Below are positions 1 through 10,068 of a DNA stretch of 48,967 nt, piece after piece. The DNA comes from Thermodesulfobacteriota bacterium (GTDB lineage: Bacteria; Desulfobacterota_D; UBA1144; Nemesobacterales; N074bin48), in the NCBI GenBank assembly GCA_041572575.1, contig JBFFSH010000010.1:1-48967 (forward strand). The letters are read 5' to 3'. Made by a program: the position numbers and the translations under genes. The notes under the pieces are model-generated. The model did not search any database and was not told where the DNA came from. It worked only from the letters and a program-made list of their open reading frames with translations. Positions within the stretch are counted from its first letter, which is position 1; every line of letters begins with the position of its first letter.

Positions 1-7
1 ACGTAAA

Positions 8-50
8 TCGGGGTGTAGCTCAGTTTGGTAGAGCGTTGCGTTCGGGACGC
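8..50 (+). repeat. attL: 43-bp exact copy of the 5' part of tRNA-Pro(CGG), through the anticodon loop
   Basis: tcggggtgtagctcagtttggtagagcgttgcgttcgggacgc is identical to 11169-11211; the sequence then diverges with no T-arm or acceptor 3' strand. Confidence 0.95.
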
Positions 51-166
51 TTTCAGATCAGTAAAACTTACAAATTCATACAACACCTAACTACTTCTAA
101 ACATTATAATTTTACAGAATTAGTGATGTTATACCAAACTCTACAAAATGCTCCAAACTAGCACTA

Positions 167-190
167 TATGGACACCTATTTGGACACCTA
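167..190 (+). repeat. Putative integrase arm-type binding sites (tandem TGGACACCTA), left end
   Basis: tatggacacctatttggacac (167-187) is identical to 11070-11090; about 120 bp inside the att core. Confidence 0.75.
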
Positions 191-631
191 GTTCAAAATT
201 TACTTAGCAAATATGTCCCCATATTTATCTTGTAAAATTATCCGCAATGTATTAATTTGTGTGTGTATGTTGAGTATGGTTTTTATTCTATATCTACAAT
301 ACTTTCATTAATCCATAATTTCATCTTGTTAGTTTCTGTTCATACCAGAATGCAAGGAAAGCAGAGGACATGGGATTCGAAGCCCCAATTCCGCAAGGAT
401 GCGGGTTTTCGTGCGCTACTGAATTAATTTGGGCTAAATTTATATAGATTTTTTAAGCTGAGAAATGCCCATATTTTCAGGCATTTTGGCAACTATATAA
501 TTAAATACTATGAGCGTTATTAAGTGTAATTATAAGTTATAAAGTGTAGTCAACCCTAGCCAATTCCGTAGCCAAGAATCTCTTTCGATTAGTACTCATA
601 ATAAGTTTCTAAAAAGGGTATAATTTATAAT

Positions 632-1168
632 ATGATTATCAAAATATTAATTATATTCATAGCCATTTCAACAAATTGTTTTGCCGAAAATGCTACTTCT
701 TTAAACACGGTAAAAAGGGTTGATCTAAAAAAGTACAAAGGAACTTGGTACGAAATTGCTAAAATCCCAAATCGCTTTCAGAAAAAATGTGTTTCCGATA
801 CTACTGCAACATATGAATTGTATGATGATAGCAGAATTAATGTAGTTAATAAATGCTTTGATAAAAATGGTAAGCTTTTAGTAGCAAAAGGTATTGCCAA
901 AATAGTAGATACGAATTCAAACTCAAAACTCAAAGTAAGTTTTTTTAGTATATTCGGTTGGTACTTATTCTGGGGGGATTATTGGATAATAGAACTTGGC
1001 GATGATTACGATTATTCAATCATAGGCCATCCAGACAGAAAATATGGGTGGATATTAAGCCGCACACCAAAACTACTAAAAAAAAAGGAAGAGATTTTGT
1101 CAATATTGGAGGATAATGGTTACAATCCAGACGAATTTGAATTTACAAAACAAGATACGAAATATTAA
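632..1168 (+). CDS. blc: Lipocalin family protein (Blc-like)
   Basis: Signal peptide, VDLKKYKGTWYEIA (GxWY) motif, DYWII..DYDYSIIG..RKYGWILSRTP. Confidence 0.9.
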   Translation: MIIKILIIFIAISTNCFAENATSLNTVKRVDLKKYKGTWYEIAKIPNRFQKKCVSDTTATYELYDDSRINVVNKCFDKNGKLLVAKGIAKIVDTNSNSKLKVSFFSIFGWYLFWGDYWIIELGDDYDYSIIGHPDRKYGWILSRTPKLLKKKEEILSILEDNGYNPDEFEFTKQDTKY

Positions 1169-1369
1169 TTTTCCTTCAGAAAATATAAAAACTATGTCTC
1201 CGATTCTTTTCTCACAATACTTATATTATAATCATGTCAAACTTTTGCATTATCTAAATCAACCTAACTTAAATATTTTCTAAATAATGTAGACAAAATT
1301 TGCCTATGTTTAGGATATAGTAAAATTTTGACTAGCTTAATTTTAAAATCTTTAATATCGCTAATTTGA

Positions 1370-4300
1370 GTGAATAATAATTCTAAATATATGACTCTAG
1401 ATAATTTTAATGTTACAACTAAAAACTGGTTCGAAAAAAATTTTAAAAGTCCGACTGAAGCTCAACGGCTTTCATGGCCATCAATTCAAAAAGGCAAACA
1501 CACACTTATTTCGGCACCTACGGGTAGTGGAAAGACTTTGGCAGCTTTTTATATTTCAATAGATAAATTAATAAAACAGAGCATAAACGATCAGCTTTCT
1601 CAAGAAACACAAATTCTATATGTTTCCCCTTTAAAAGCCCTGAGCAATGACATACATAAAAATTTACAAATACCACTAGAAGGTATAAAAAAGGAGATGT
1701 TGCTCTTAGGATTAAGCGAACCAGATATCAAAATTTCGGTTCGTACGGGAGACACGACACAGAATGAAAGGAGGCAAATGATTGCTAGTCCTCCTCATAT
1801 TTTAGTTACAACACCAGAATCTTTATACTTGCTTCTCACAAGTGTGAAAGGCAGGGAAATGCTCTCAAAGGTTAATACTCTAATTATTGATGAGATACAT
1901 GCACTTCTTGGCAGTAAGCGTGGTTCTCATTTATCACTCTCAATAGAAAGACTTGAATCATTAGTTCATTACCCTATTCAAAGGATTGGCCTTTCTGCAA
2001 CTCAAAAGCCTATAGAAAGGATTGCGAAATATCTGGTCGGGAACTCTAATATAATTAAAAACAAACCCCAATGTAGTTTGATTGAAGTAAAACATAAGCG
2101 TAAATTTGACCTAACAGTAGAAGTTCCTAATTCACCACTAACTGCTGTTATGAGCAATAAAGTCTGGAGTGAGATCTACGATAAGATTGTTAAATTAATC
2201 AATAACCATAATACAACATTGATATTTGTGAATACTAGGCGATTAGCTGAAAGACTTGCTCTAGCACTCAGTGAAAAAATGGAAAAAGAGGAAGTTACAT
2301 CTCATCATGGCAGTATGAGCAAAGAACATCGACTAAAAGCTGAACAAAATCTTAAATCCGGAAAATTAAAAGTGCTAATAGCTACAGCATCCATGGAGCT
2401 CGGAATCGATATAGGTTCGGTCGATTTAGTAGTTCAAATATCATCCCCAAAAAGCATTTCAAATTTCTTACAGAGAGTTGGAAGAAGTCGTCACTATGTT
2501 GGAGGTATTCCTAATGGAGTCATTTTCCCACTTTCAAGAGATGATCTTGTCGAATGCATAGCACTTATAAGAAGTGTGCAACAGGGAGAATTAGATGAGA
2601 TTAAAATGCCTGAGAAGCCGCTTGACATATTAGCGCAGCAAATTATCGCAGAGCTATCATCAAAAGAATGGAATATCGATAAGTTGTACATGCTTATTAA
2701 AAATTCTTACTCATATAGAAATTTATGTGTACAGGAATATCAAGATATCATAGAAATGCTTTCAAAAGGCTATACACCTCGACGAGGTAGAAAAACTGCA
2801 CATATTCACTATGATGCAATAAATTCGAGGATCAAAGCAAGAAAAGGTGCAAGATTAATTGCAATTACGAATGGCGGTGCTATACCCGATATGTTTGATT
2901 ATGAGGTAGTCATGCACCCCGAAGGAACAATAATTGGAAGTGTAAATGAGGATTTTGCCTTAGAATCAACACCAGGTGATATATTTACTCTTGGAACACA
3001 CTCTTGGCAGCTTCTCCGTGTTGAAGGCTTGAAAATCCTAGTAAAAGATGCTACTGGAATACCACCTACAGTGCCGTTCTGGTTTGGTGAAGGTGCAGGA
3101 CGGACTATAGAACTTAGCGAATCTATTTCAAAGCTAAAGAATCAGATTTCTAAACTTCTAGATGAAGACCCATTGCAAACAGATTCGGAAAATATGTTCA
3201 GTAAGATAAAAGTCAATAAAGCTGTGCGCTGGCTACAGGAAGAAATCGGCATCGATAACTCTGCAGCAGAACAAGCGATAATATATTTATATAATGGAAT
3301 GAAAGGGTTAGGAGATATTCCATCATTAGATACTATAATAATCGAGAGATTTTTTGATGATGCTGGTGATATGCATGTTGTAATACATTCTCAATTTGGA
3401 AGCAGAGTAAATAAAGCATGGGGCTTGTCCTTAAGGAAGAAATTTTGTCGAAAATTCAATTTCGAACTTCAAGCTGCAGCAAACGATGACAGTATAATAC
3501 TGTCATTAAGCTCATCACACAGCTTTCCGCTTGAAGAAGTATTTAATTATCTAAATAAGAAAACTATTAGAGATACTTTGATTCAGGCAATGTTAGATGC
3601 ACCAATGTTTGATGTGCGCTGGCGATGGAATGCGACTATCGCTTTAGCAATACAAAGAAACAGAGCGGGCAAACGCGTAGCTCCGCAACTGCAAAGAATG
3701 CAATCGGAAGATCTTATAGCACAAGTATTTCCAGATCAAATAGCTTGCTTTGAAAATATCGACGGTCAAAGAGAAATACCCGATCACCCACTGGTAGCAC
3801 AGACTATAAATGACTGTTTAACTGAAGCAATGGACATTGATATGCTAGAAAACATATTGCTGAATATTGAGAAGAATAATATTGATCTTATATCAAGGGA
3901 TCTTCGTGAACCATCACCGTTTGCACAAGAGATCATAAATGCTAGACCATATGCATTTTTAGACGATACTGAGTTTTTTGAGAGGCGTGTGAATGCGGTT
4001 AGAACTAGAAGTTGGTTAGATCCTTCTGAAGCAACCGAGTTGAGTAATCTTGATCCAGAATCTATTAAGCATGTCAAAAATGAGGCATGGCCACAAGCAA
4101 AATCAGCTGATGAGCTTCATTATGCTTTGAGCATATATGGATACATAACTTCTACTGAAATAATAAATAATGAATGGGGACATATTCTAGAATTACTCAG
4201 ATTTGATTCAAGAGCATTTTGTATTATTACAACAAATTGTAAAAAAGTAGATAATGATGATAAGAGAATTTGGATTGCAACTGAACGTTTTGCTCAATTC

Positions 4301-5788
4301 AGAACAATTTTCCCACATATAGAAAATACTTTTGAATATAATATTCCAGATTTCATATCAAATCAGAATTGGAGTTTTGAGGAAGCTTTAAAGGAGATTA
4401 TAAGAGGTAGACTTGAAGCGTTGGGTCCAGTCTGCATAAACAGATTTATTGAAGAAACTGGTATTACGGAAAATAATATTAAAAGTGCCTTGGCTGCTCT
4501 TGAAAGTGAAGGCTTTGTTTTTAGAGGACACTTTACCAATAAGAAAGGTAATGAAGAGTGGTGCGAGAGGAGACTCTTACAAAGAATACATAGATATTCA
4601 ATAGATTCTTTAAGAGAAAGTATTAAACCAGTAAGTGTTCAAGATTTCATGCGTTTTCTTTTCTTTCATCATGGAGTAACTGAAAACAATGAAATGCAAA
4701 CAGGACTATCATCTCTTGAAAAAACATTAAGACAACTAGAAGGTTATGTATCTGCTGCAGTAAGTTGGGAAAGAGATATTATAACCACACGAATAAAAGA
4801 TTATGATCCAGAATGGCTAGATATACTTTGTACAAGTGGAAAATTTACTTGGGGCCGGTTAGAACCACCCAAAACAAAAGGAAAAGGATCCCCTAGCCCT
4901 GTAAAGAGAACTCCCATATCATTTATGAGAAGAGAAAATCTAGAATTATGGAATTTGCTTTCTTCCGTAAATATTTCCAATTTTGATTATACAAGCTCTA
5001 CAAAGTTAATAATGGAATATTTGGATAATAATGGTGCTAGCTTCTTTAATGAAATAATTAAAAACACCTCTTTACTTAAAAGCCAAGTCCAACAAGGTTT
5101 AGCAGAGCTTGTAGCCTACGGTGCTGTTAGTTGTGACAATTATTCCGGCCTGAGAGCATTACTCACACCTGGATATAACAGTAATAGAAGTAATTCCAGA
5201 AGAAGGAAAAAATCCCCTGTTTATGGAATAGAAAATGCTGGACGTTGGACTTTAATGCACAAAAATAATACCAATACTGAAATTGAATATGATTATAAAG
5301 ATTTAGAAAAACTAGCATTAATATTTATTGATCGTTGGGGTGTTGTTTTCAGGACAATATTGGAAAATGAATCATTTGCTCCACCATGGAGAATTTTGGT
5401 AAGAGTGCTCAGGAGATTAGAGCTTAAAGGTGTTTTAAGAGCTGGACGTTTTATTTCAAATGTCAGTGGAGAGCAGTTTGCTTATCCAGAGACTGTAGTA
5501 AATCTACGCGAAATCAAGAACAAAATAATGACAGGGCAATTAGTTTCTATCTCAGCTGCAGATCCATTAAACCTAATCGGCTCAATTTTGCCTGGAGATA
5601 AAGTGCCTAATCTCATTAAAAATCGCATATTATATAGGGACGGGATTCCAATTGCAGTTTTAGAAGGTATTGAAACAAAATTTTTAAAAGAATTTTCTGA
5701 AAATCAGAAATGGGAGCTTAAAAATGCTCTGATACGAAGAGCATTCCCACCTAAGCTAAAGGCTTATTTGGGAAGAAATTACAAATAA
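1370..5788 (+). CDS. lhr: Lhr-family ATP-dependent DEAD/DEAH-box helicase (start may be ATG 1391)
   Basis: APTGSGKT, YVSPLKAL, DEIH, SAT, HHGSMS, LQRVGRS, plus Lhr-type C-terminal winged-helix region (WCERRLL..IHR, GEQFA). Confidence 0.9.
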   Translation: MNNNSKYMTLDNFNVTTKNWFEKNFKSPTEAQRLSWPSIQKGKHTLISAPTGSGKTLAAFYISIDKLIKQSINDQLSQETQILYVSPLKALSNDIHKNLQIPLEGIKKEMLLLGLSEPDIKISVRTGDTTQNERRQMIASPPHILVTTPESLYLLLTSVKGREMLSKVNTLIIDEIHALLGSKRGSHLSLSIERLESLVHYPIQRIGLSATQKPIERIAKYLVGNSNIIKNKPQCSLIEVKHKRKFDLTVEVPNSPLTAVMSNKVWSEIYDKIVKLINNHNTTLIFVNTRRLAERLALALSEKMEKEEVTSHHGSMSKEHRLKAEQNLKSGKLKVLIATASMELGIDIGSVDLVVQISSPKSISNFLQRVGRSRHYVGGIPNGVIFPLSRDDLVECIALIRSVQQGELDEIKMPEKPLDILAQQIIAELSSKEWNIDKLYMLIKNSYSYRNLCVQEYQDIIEMLSKGYTPRRGRKTAHIHYDAINSRIKARKGARLIAITNGGAIPDMFDYEVVMHPEGTIIGSVNEDFALESTPGDIFTLGTHSWQLLRVEGLKILVKDATGIPPTVPFWFGEGAGRTIELSESISKLKNQISKLLDEDPLQTDSENMFSKIKVNKAVRWLQEEIGIDNSAAEQAIIYLYNGMKGLGDIPSLDTIIIERFFDDAGDMHVVIHSQFGSRVNKAWGLSLRKKFCRKFNFELQAAANDDSIILSLSSSHSFPLEEVFNYLNKKTIRDTLIQAMLDAPMFDVRWRWNATIALAIQRNRAGKRVAPQLQRMQSEDLIAQVFPDQIACFENIDGQREIPDHPLVAQTINDCLTEAMDIDMLENILLNIEKNNIDLISRDLREPSPFAQEIINARPYAFLDDTEFFERRVNAVRTRSWLDPSEATELSNLDPESIKHVKNEAWPQAKSADELHYALSIYGYITSTEIINNEWGHILELLRFDSRAFCIITTNCKKVDNDDKRIWIATERFAQFRTIFPHIENTFEYNIPDFISNQNWSFEEALKEIIRGRLEALGPVCINRFIEETGITENNIKSALAALESEGFVFRGHFTNKKGNEEWCERRLLQRIHRYSIDSLRESIKPVSVQDFMRFLFFHHGVTENNEMQTGLSSLEKTLRQLEGYVSAAVSWERDIITTRIKDYDPEWLDILCTSGKFTWGRLEPPKTKGKGSPSPVKRTPISFMRRENLELWNLLSSVNISNFDYTSSTKLIMEYLDNNGASFFNEIIKNTSLLKSQVQQGLAELVAYGAVSCDNYSGLRALLTPGYNSNRSNSRRRKKSPVYGIENAGRWTLMHKNNTNTEIEYDYKDLEKLALIFIDRWGVVFRTILENESFAPPWRILVRVLRRLELKGVLRAGRFISNVSGEQFAYPETVVNLREIKNKIMTGQLVSISAADPLNLIGSILPGDKVPNLIKNRILYRDGIPIAVLEGIETKFLKEFSENQKWELKNALIRRAFPPKLKAYLGRNYK

Positions 5789-5870
5789 TATTTAGAGTTA
5801 TATTACTAATATCATCAGAAATATCGCATAAGTGTTTAAAGTTAATTAATTAGTTTGTATATCTACTTAT

Positions 5871-7358
5871 TTATAAAACAACTTCTTCAATAAATGATTC
5901 AGCTTTTTTTATCATATTTCGTTTTTTATCTTGCTCTATATTCTGAAGCAATCTTACCATTAATGACATCCTTTTATTTTGTGAAAATAAGTTCTTATTT
6001 TTATCAATAAATCTCCAGTATAATCCATCCCATATTTCACACCATTCACCTCTTTTGAAATCGCTCATTCTGAGTATATAAGATGAACCCGATATATATG
6101 GTTTTGTCGCGAATTTTCCTCCATCTGCAAACTGGCCCATTCCATACACATTGGGAACCATTACCCAATCATATGAATCTACAAACATCTCCATAAACCA
6201 TCTATAAACCTCAACAGGATTTATTTCAGATAAAAGCATGATATTACTCAAAACCATTAACCTTTCTATATGATGGCAGTATCCATATTTTATGACTTTA
6301 TCAATCACATAATCTAATGGACCAACTCCAGTGCCACCTTTATACCATTTACTGTTTAGTTTGTTTTTGTGATTAAAATAATTCCCACTAAAATCTTCAG
6401 TGTTATAAACACCATTAATGAATTCTCTCCAGCCAATTATCTGTCTTATAAAACCTTCAATACTTTGAATTGGCACTTTATTAGAACTACAATAATCTAA
6501 GGCGGATGTAATAACTTCAGTGGGAAGCAACAAACCTATGTTTAAAAGAGGAGCTAATAATGAGTGATAAATAAAATTATCTTCTTTGGATATAGCATCT
6601 TCATAAGGTCCAAACTCTATAAGCCTATACTCCAAGAAATCATTCAACCAGATTAAAGACTGTTTTCTTGTAGTTGGTAAAATAAAATTCTCTGTACTAC
6701 CAGGATTATTGGGGAAAAATCTATTTATTAAATCTGATACCTCTAATACATGTTTCTTTTTATTTAATTTAGGTATTTGGGGAATTTTAATATTTCTAGG
6801 AAGTTTTTTTCTGTTATCACTATCGAAGTTCCATTTTCCACCTTTTGGTCTTTTAGTTTCATCAACTAATATGTTAAGTCTTTTTCGCTGCCATATATAA
6901 AAGTCATTCATGAGAAGTCTTTTATAAGAACTCCTGTATTCATAAAATTCTTCCTTACTAGTAAGAAACATGGGAGGGGGCTTTATGGTTAATTCTAATT
7001 GTTTCGCTCTACATATTTTCTCAATATTTTTTATAAAGTAACGACTTTGATTGTCATAAATTACTACTTTTTTTATTTCATATGTATTTAAAGTATTTAA
7101 TATTTTTTGTTGGTAACTACTATTTTTAGTATCACAATTTAACTCGAAATATTCGACGCTATATTTTTTTTGAAGTTCGTCCCTGTACGATCTCATAGCA
7201 GCAAGGATTAATATCAATTTATGTTTATGATAATTGTATTTTGTGCAAAGCCCATAATCCTCAGCTAAGAAGAATAAATCCTTATCACACGGCACAAGAT
7301 CCTCATGGTGATGGAATAAGCAATTCCCAGGTAATACAATTAATCTATCTTTATTCAT
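5871..7358 (-). CDS. Bacterial (6-4) photolyase / cryptochrome, PhrB/CryB class, apparently lacking the Fe-S cluster
   Basis: HKHKLIL..AMR, PKGGKWNFDSDNRK, FGPYEDA, HSLL..LLNIGLL, EGFIRQIIGWREF, HHIERLM, DSYDWVMVPNVYGM, FATKPYISGS. Confidence 0.9.
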   Translation of the reverse strand: MNKDRLIVLPGNCLFHHHEDLVPCDKDLFFLAEDYGLCTKYNYHKHKLILILAAMRSYRDELQKKYSVEYFELNCDTKNSSYQQKILNTLNTYEIKKVVIYDNQSRYFIKNIEKICRAKQLELTIKPPPMFLTSKEEFYEYRSSYKRLLMNDFYIWQRKRLNILVDETKRPKGGKWNFDSDNRKKLPRNIKIPQIPKLNKKKHVLEVSDLINRFFPNNPGSTENFILPTTRKQSLIWLNDFLEYRLIEFGPYEDAISKEDNFIYHSLLAPLLNIGLLLPTEVITSALDYCSSNKVPIQSIEGFIRQIIGWREFINGVYNTEDFSGNYFNHKNKLNSKWYKGGTGVGPLDYVIDKVIKYGYCHHIERLMVLSNIMLLSEINPVEVYRWFMEMFVDSYDWVMVPNVYGMGQFADGGKFATKPYISGSSYILRMSDFKRGEWCEIWDGLYWRFIDKNKNLFSQNKRMSLMVRLLQNIEQDKKRNMIKKAESFIEEVVL

Positions 7359-7425
7359 TTTAGAATTTAGTTAAAAATAATGCGTAATCATGACTATAAA
7401 ACATTATAGGCTAACCTTTTCGTTT

Positions 7426-7875
7426 ATGGAGACAATTTTAGTGCTTACAAACGTGATATCTACTATTTTTATGCTCGGTGTCATATGGGTAGTACAAGTG
7501 GTTCATTATCCATTATTTACTTATGTATCAAGGAATAATTTCTACGAATTTCATAATTTACACTCTAAGAATATAAGCTTTATAGTAATATTTCCAATGT
7601 TAGTCGAACTTATCTCTTCTGGCTTATTAATAAAATTTCACCCAGATTCAATTCCTACAAATTACTTTATAGTTAGCTTTGTATTAGTACTATTGATATG
7701 GATATCAACTTTTTTGTTGCAGGTGAAATATCATGGGAGTTTATCTAATGGATTTGATTATACTCAATTTAAGAAATTGGTTGATACTAATTGGATTCGT
7801 ACTATTTGTTGGACAGTAAGAAGCGTTATTGTTATTTATATTTTAACTTTATTAGTTAATTCGAACATCAATTGA
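7426..7875 (+). CDS. Conserved hypothetical membrane protein (about 4 TM)
   Basis: GVIWVVQVVHYPLF...NWIRTICW pattern; the ORF track starts at 7390, ATG 7426 is more likely. Confidence 0.7.
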   Translation: METILVLTNVISTIFMLGVIWVVQVVHYPLFTYVSRNNFYEFHNLHSKNISFIVIFPMLVELISSGLLIKFHPDSIPTNYFIVSFVLVLLIWISTFLLQVKYHGSLSNGFDYTQFKKLVDTNWIRTICWTVRSVIVIYILTLLVNSNIN

Positions 7876-7893
7876 AGTAATTCAAACCATTAC

Positions 7894-8400
7894 ATGAATA
7901 TATTAAAACAGTACCAGGATCAAAATAGTAAATCATTAGATGAAATGTTTAATGATACGACGTTATTGCTTGTTTTTTTAAGACATAATGGATGTATTTT
8001 TTGCAGAAAGACACTACAAGATCTGTCTAAAATACATGACGAATTAACAGTGAAGCAAGTAGAGTTAGTTCTAGTGCATATGACAACTGATGATTCTGCT
8101 AGGAAACTGTTCAGAAAATATGGCTTGGAAAATGTATCTCGAATCTCTGATCCTCAAAAGAATCTATATAATCACTTTGAACTTAAGAAAGGAAGTTTGG
8201 GACAGTTATTCGGACCTAAAGTATGGCTAAGAGGCGTAAGTTCCTTATTTGAAGGACATTTTATAGGCAAGTTGGAAGGAGATGGTTTTCAGATGCCAGG
8301 TGTTTTTTTAATAAAAGATAGAGAAATCGTGAAGAGTTTTGTATACAAGACTGCTGCGGATAAGCCAAATTACCTTGAATTAGCTAAATGTGAACTCTAA
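7894..8400 (+). CDS. Peroxiredoxin-like redoxin (AhpC/TSA-2, SelL/SelU-related) with CxxC
   Basis: FLRHNGCIFCR, ISDPQKNLY, GDGFQMPGVF. Confidence 0.8.
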   Translation: MNILKQYQDQNSKSLDEMFNDTTLLLVFLRHNGCIFCRKTLQDLSKIHDELTVKQVELVLVHMTTDDSARKLFRKYGLENVSRISDPQKNLYNHFELKKGSLGQLFGPKVWLRGVSSLFEGHFIGKLEGDGFQMPGVFLIKDREIVKSFVYKTAADKPNYLELAKCEL

Positions 8401-9188
8401 TTTCTAGCTGAAACCAAATCGAAAAAGAATACTAGGAGTAATTGATCGTTAAAAAACAATGGCGAAGGCCCGATAGCTACTAATAAGCAAAATATATAGC
8501 GGAAGTTGTGATCATTTTTATATCTAAAGAACTTTTTGTCTGTAATAACACCCAAGGATTGCAATAAAAAATATAGTGTCATAGTTCCAAATATATTAAT
8601 CTTAGTGATGATGAAAAGTGGTATATTAATAATTATCTCATGCCATATACCTGAAATGAGAAATGGAAAAACAATATTTAAATATTTTGTTTTTCTTATA
8701 CTCTTTGGTGTTATCTCAAATAGCCAGTCCCTTACCCATATATTCCAACCATTGCTCCAGAACTGTGTAATATTTTTCACAAGAAAAGGTTTATTGTGGA
8801 TTGGAGGCACACTTCGATTAAGTAGAAGAAAAATTATCTCAATAAAATTACCAATCATCTCTGTTATAAGATAAAAAGGTATTATAGATATCAGCACAAT
8901 TAAGTAGTGATAATCATATAAATTGCTCGTAAGGATTTTATAAAACACTAAAACTAAAGTAAACAAAGTGAGCAAATACATAAATTTTTTCAAATTTCCT
9001 AATCTATTAGGACCATTTACCGTTTTAATTTTGCTCCAAGTTTTAGTTGAATAGAAGGGAGAAAGAAATAAGAATCTATATATATTTCTTGTAGAGTATG
9101 TTGTTGAATATAACAAGCAAGTTTTAATCAGTACACCACAAACAAAATATATGATTAAAAAGTATGCAACAAATTTGAAACTATTCAT
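8397..9188 (-). CDS. Membrane-bound O-acyltransferase (MBOAT_2 / wax-synthase-like)
   Basis: Hydrophobic; HNKPF....ITQFWSNGWN and FLISGIWHE catalytic His motif. Confidence 0.75.
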   Translation of the reverse strand: MNSFKFVAYFLIIYFVCGVLIKTCLLYSTTYSTRNIYRFLFLSPFYSTKTWSKIKTVNGPNRLGNLKKFMYLLTLFTLVLVFYKILTSNLYDYHYLIVLISIIPFYLITEMIGNFIEIIFLLLNRSVPPIHNKPFLVKNITQFWSNGWNIWVRDWLFEITPKSIRKTKYLNIVFPFLISGIWHEIIINIPLFIITKINIFGTMTLYFLLQSLGVITDKKFFRYKNDHNFRYIFCLLVAIGPSPLFFNDQLLLVFFFDLVSARN

Positions 9189-9281
9189 ATTTAATATTTT
9201 CTACTTAATGCAAATATAGCCCAAACTTATCTAAAATAAATAATATATATAATATTTTAATGCTTACCGATTGTTATTATT

Positions 9282-9356
9282 AATGTAGTCGTTACTGATG
9301 TGATGGCCTCAAATGGTGTTATTCATGTAATTGATACAGTAGTTATTCCAAAATAG
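9282..9356 (+). pseudogene. Fasciclin (FAS1) domain C-terminal remnant
   Basis: Reads NVVVTDVMASNGVIHVIDTVVIPK*, the FAS1 H2 motif; the rest of the gene is absent upstream. Confidence 0.8.
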
Positions 9357-9361
9357 AATGT

Positions 9362-9388
9362 TAAAGGCCGGTCCAGTACCGGCCTTTA
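9362..9388 (+). terminator. Rho-independent terminator after the fasciclin remnant
   Basis: TAAAGGCCGGT-ccagt-ACCGGCCTTTA perfect 11-bp stem. Confidence 0.8.
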
Positions 9389-9569
9389 TAAACAAATATG
9401 TTTGAATGGGATTATCACCATAAGCATTTACTATTATAGACATCCCAGCTTTAAGTAATTTTTCAGATTCCGAATATAAGGTCTATCTACAGATAGCAGT
9501 CCTATAAGATACATCTAATTTGCAACAAGTGGATAATTTGATTCACACCTAATTAATTGGAAATAAATA

Positions 9570-9729
9570 GCTTTTCTCCTGGGAACTAAGAACCTCTGCA
9601 TGTCTTAAATATCTTATTATCTGCTCTGGTGTGTAACGCTTCCTAGGCATTTCCGTTGCCTCCTATACATAGGGTTTATTACCTAAAATTCTAACTTGTA
9701 ATCTGGTACTATTATAGGGGGGAAGGTCA
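9570..9729 (-). mobile_element. IS3-family insertion sequence remnant (left IR plus truncated orfA)
   Basis: Minus strand begins TGACCTTCCCCCCTATAATAGTACCAG; GGAGG RBS then ATG 9650 reads MPRKRYTPEQIIRYLRHAEVLSSQEKS, like IS3 OrfA, then breaks off. Confidence 0.8.
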
Positions 9730-9779
9730 ACAAGAAGGTATAGATTTAAAAGAGCCAAAGTTAAACTCAAGAAAATCAA

Positions 9780-10067
9780 ATGTCTAAAAATGATAAAAGC
9801 ATTTTTGATTTAGGAGTTAAGCCCGAAGACATGAAATATTTCAATTTACATGAGTCAACAACAGCAATCGAATACTTAAATTTGTTTAGAGATCGAGCGA
9901 AAAAAATAGCCCATAATTATTTTTTATTAAAAGATATACAAGGCAAAAAGGTTAAAATTGCTGATTTAATAGATAATAAAAATACTATAAGCAATTTATT
10001 TTTAATATTTAAAGTATTTAACCACTATACAAGATTAAGGTTTAGCATAATAAAGGGGAAAAATTAA
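9780..10067 (+). CDS. Hypothetical protein immediately upstream of the integrase
   Basis: 95-aa ORF ending 1 nt before the integrase ATG; no motif recognised. Confidence 0.45.
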   Translation: MSKNDKSIFDLGVKPEDMKYFNLHESTTAIEYLNLFRDRAKKIAHNYFLLKDIQGKKVKIADLIDNKNTISNLFLIFKVFNHYTRLRFSIIKGKN

Positions 10068-10068
10068 T

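Noticed and set aside
8..50. Second functional tRNA-Pro at the window start
   Set aside because: It stops within the anticodon stem with no T-arm or acceptor 3' strand; it is an att duplicate.
7894..8400. Possible selenoprotein (SelL/SelU-like redoxin)
   Set aside because: Both CxxC positions are Cys codons (TGT, TGC); there is no in-frame TGA.
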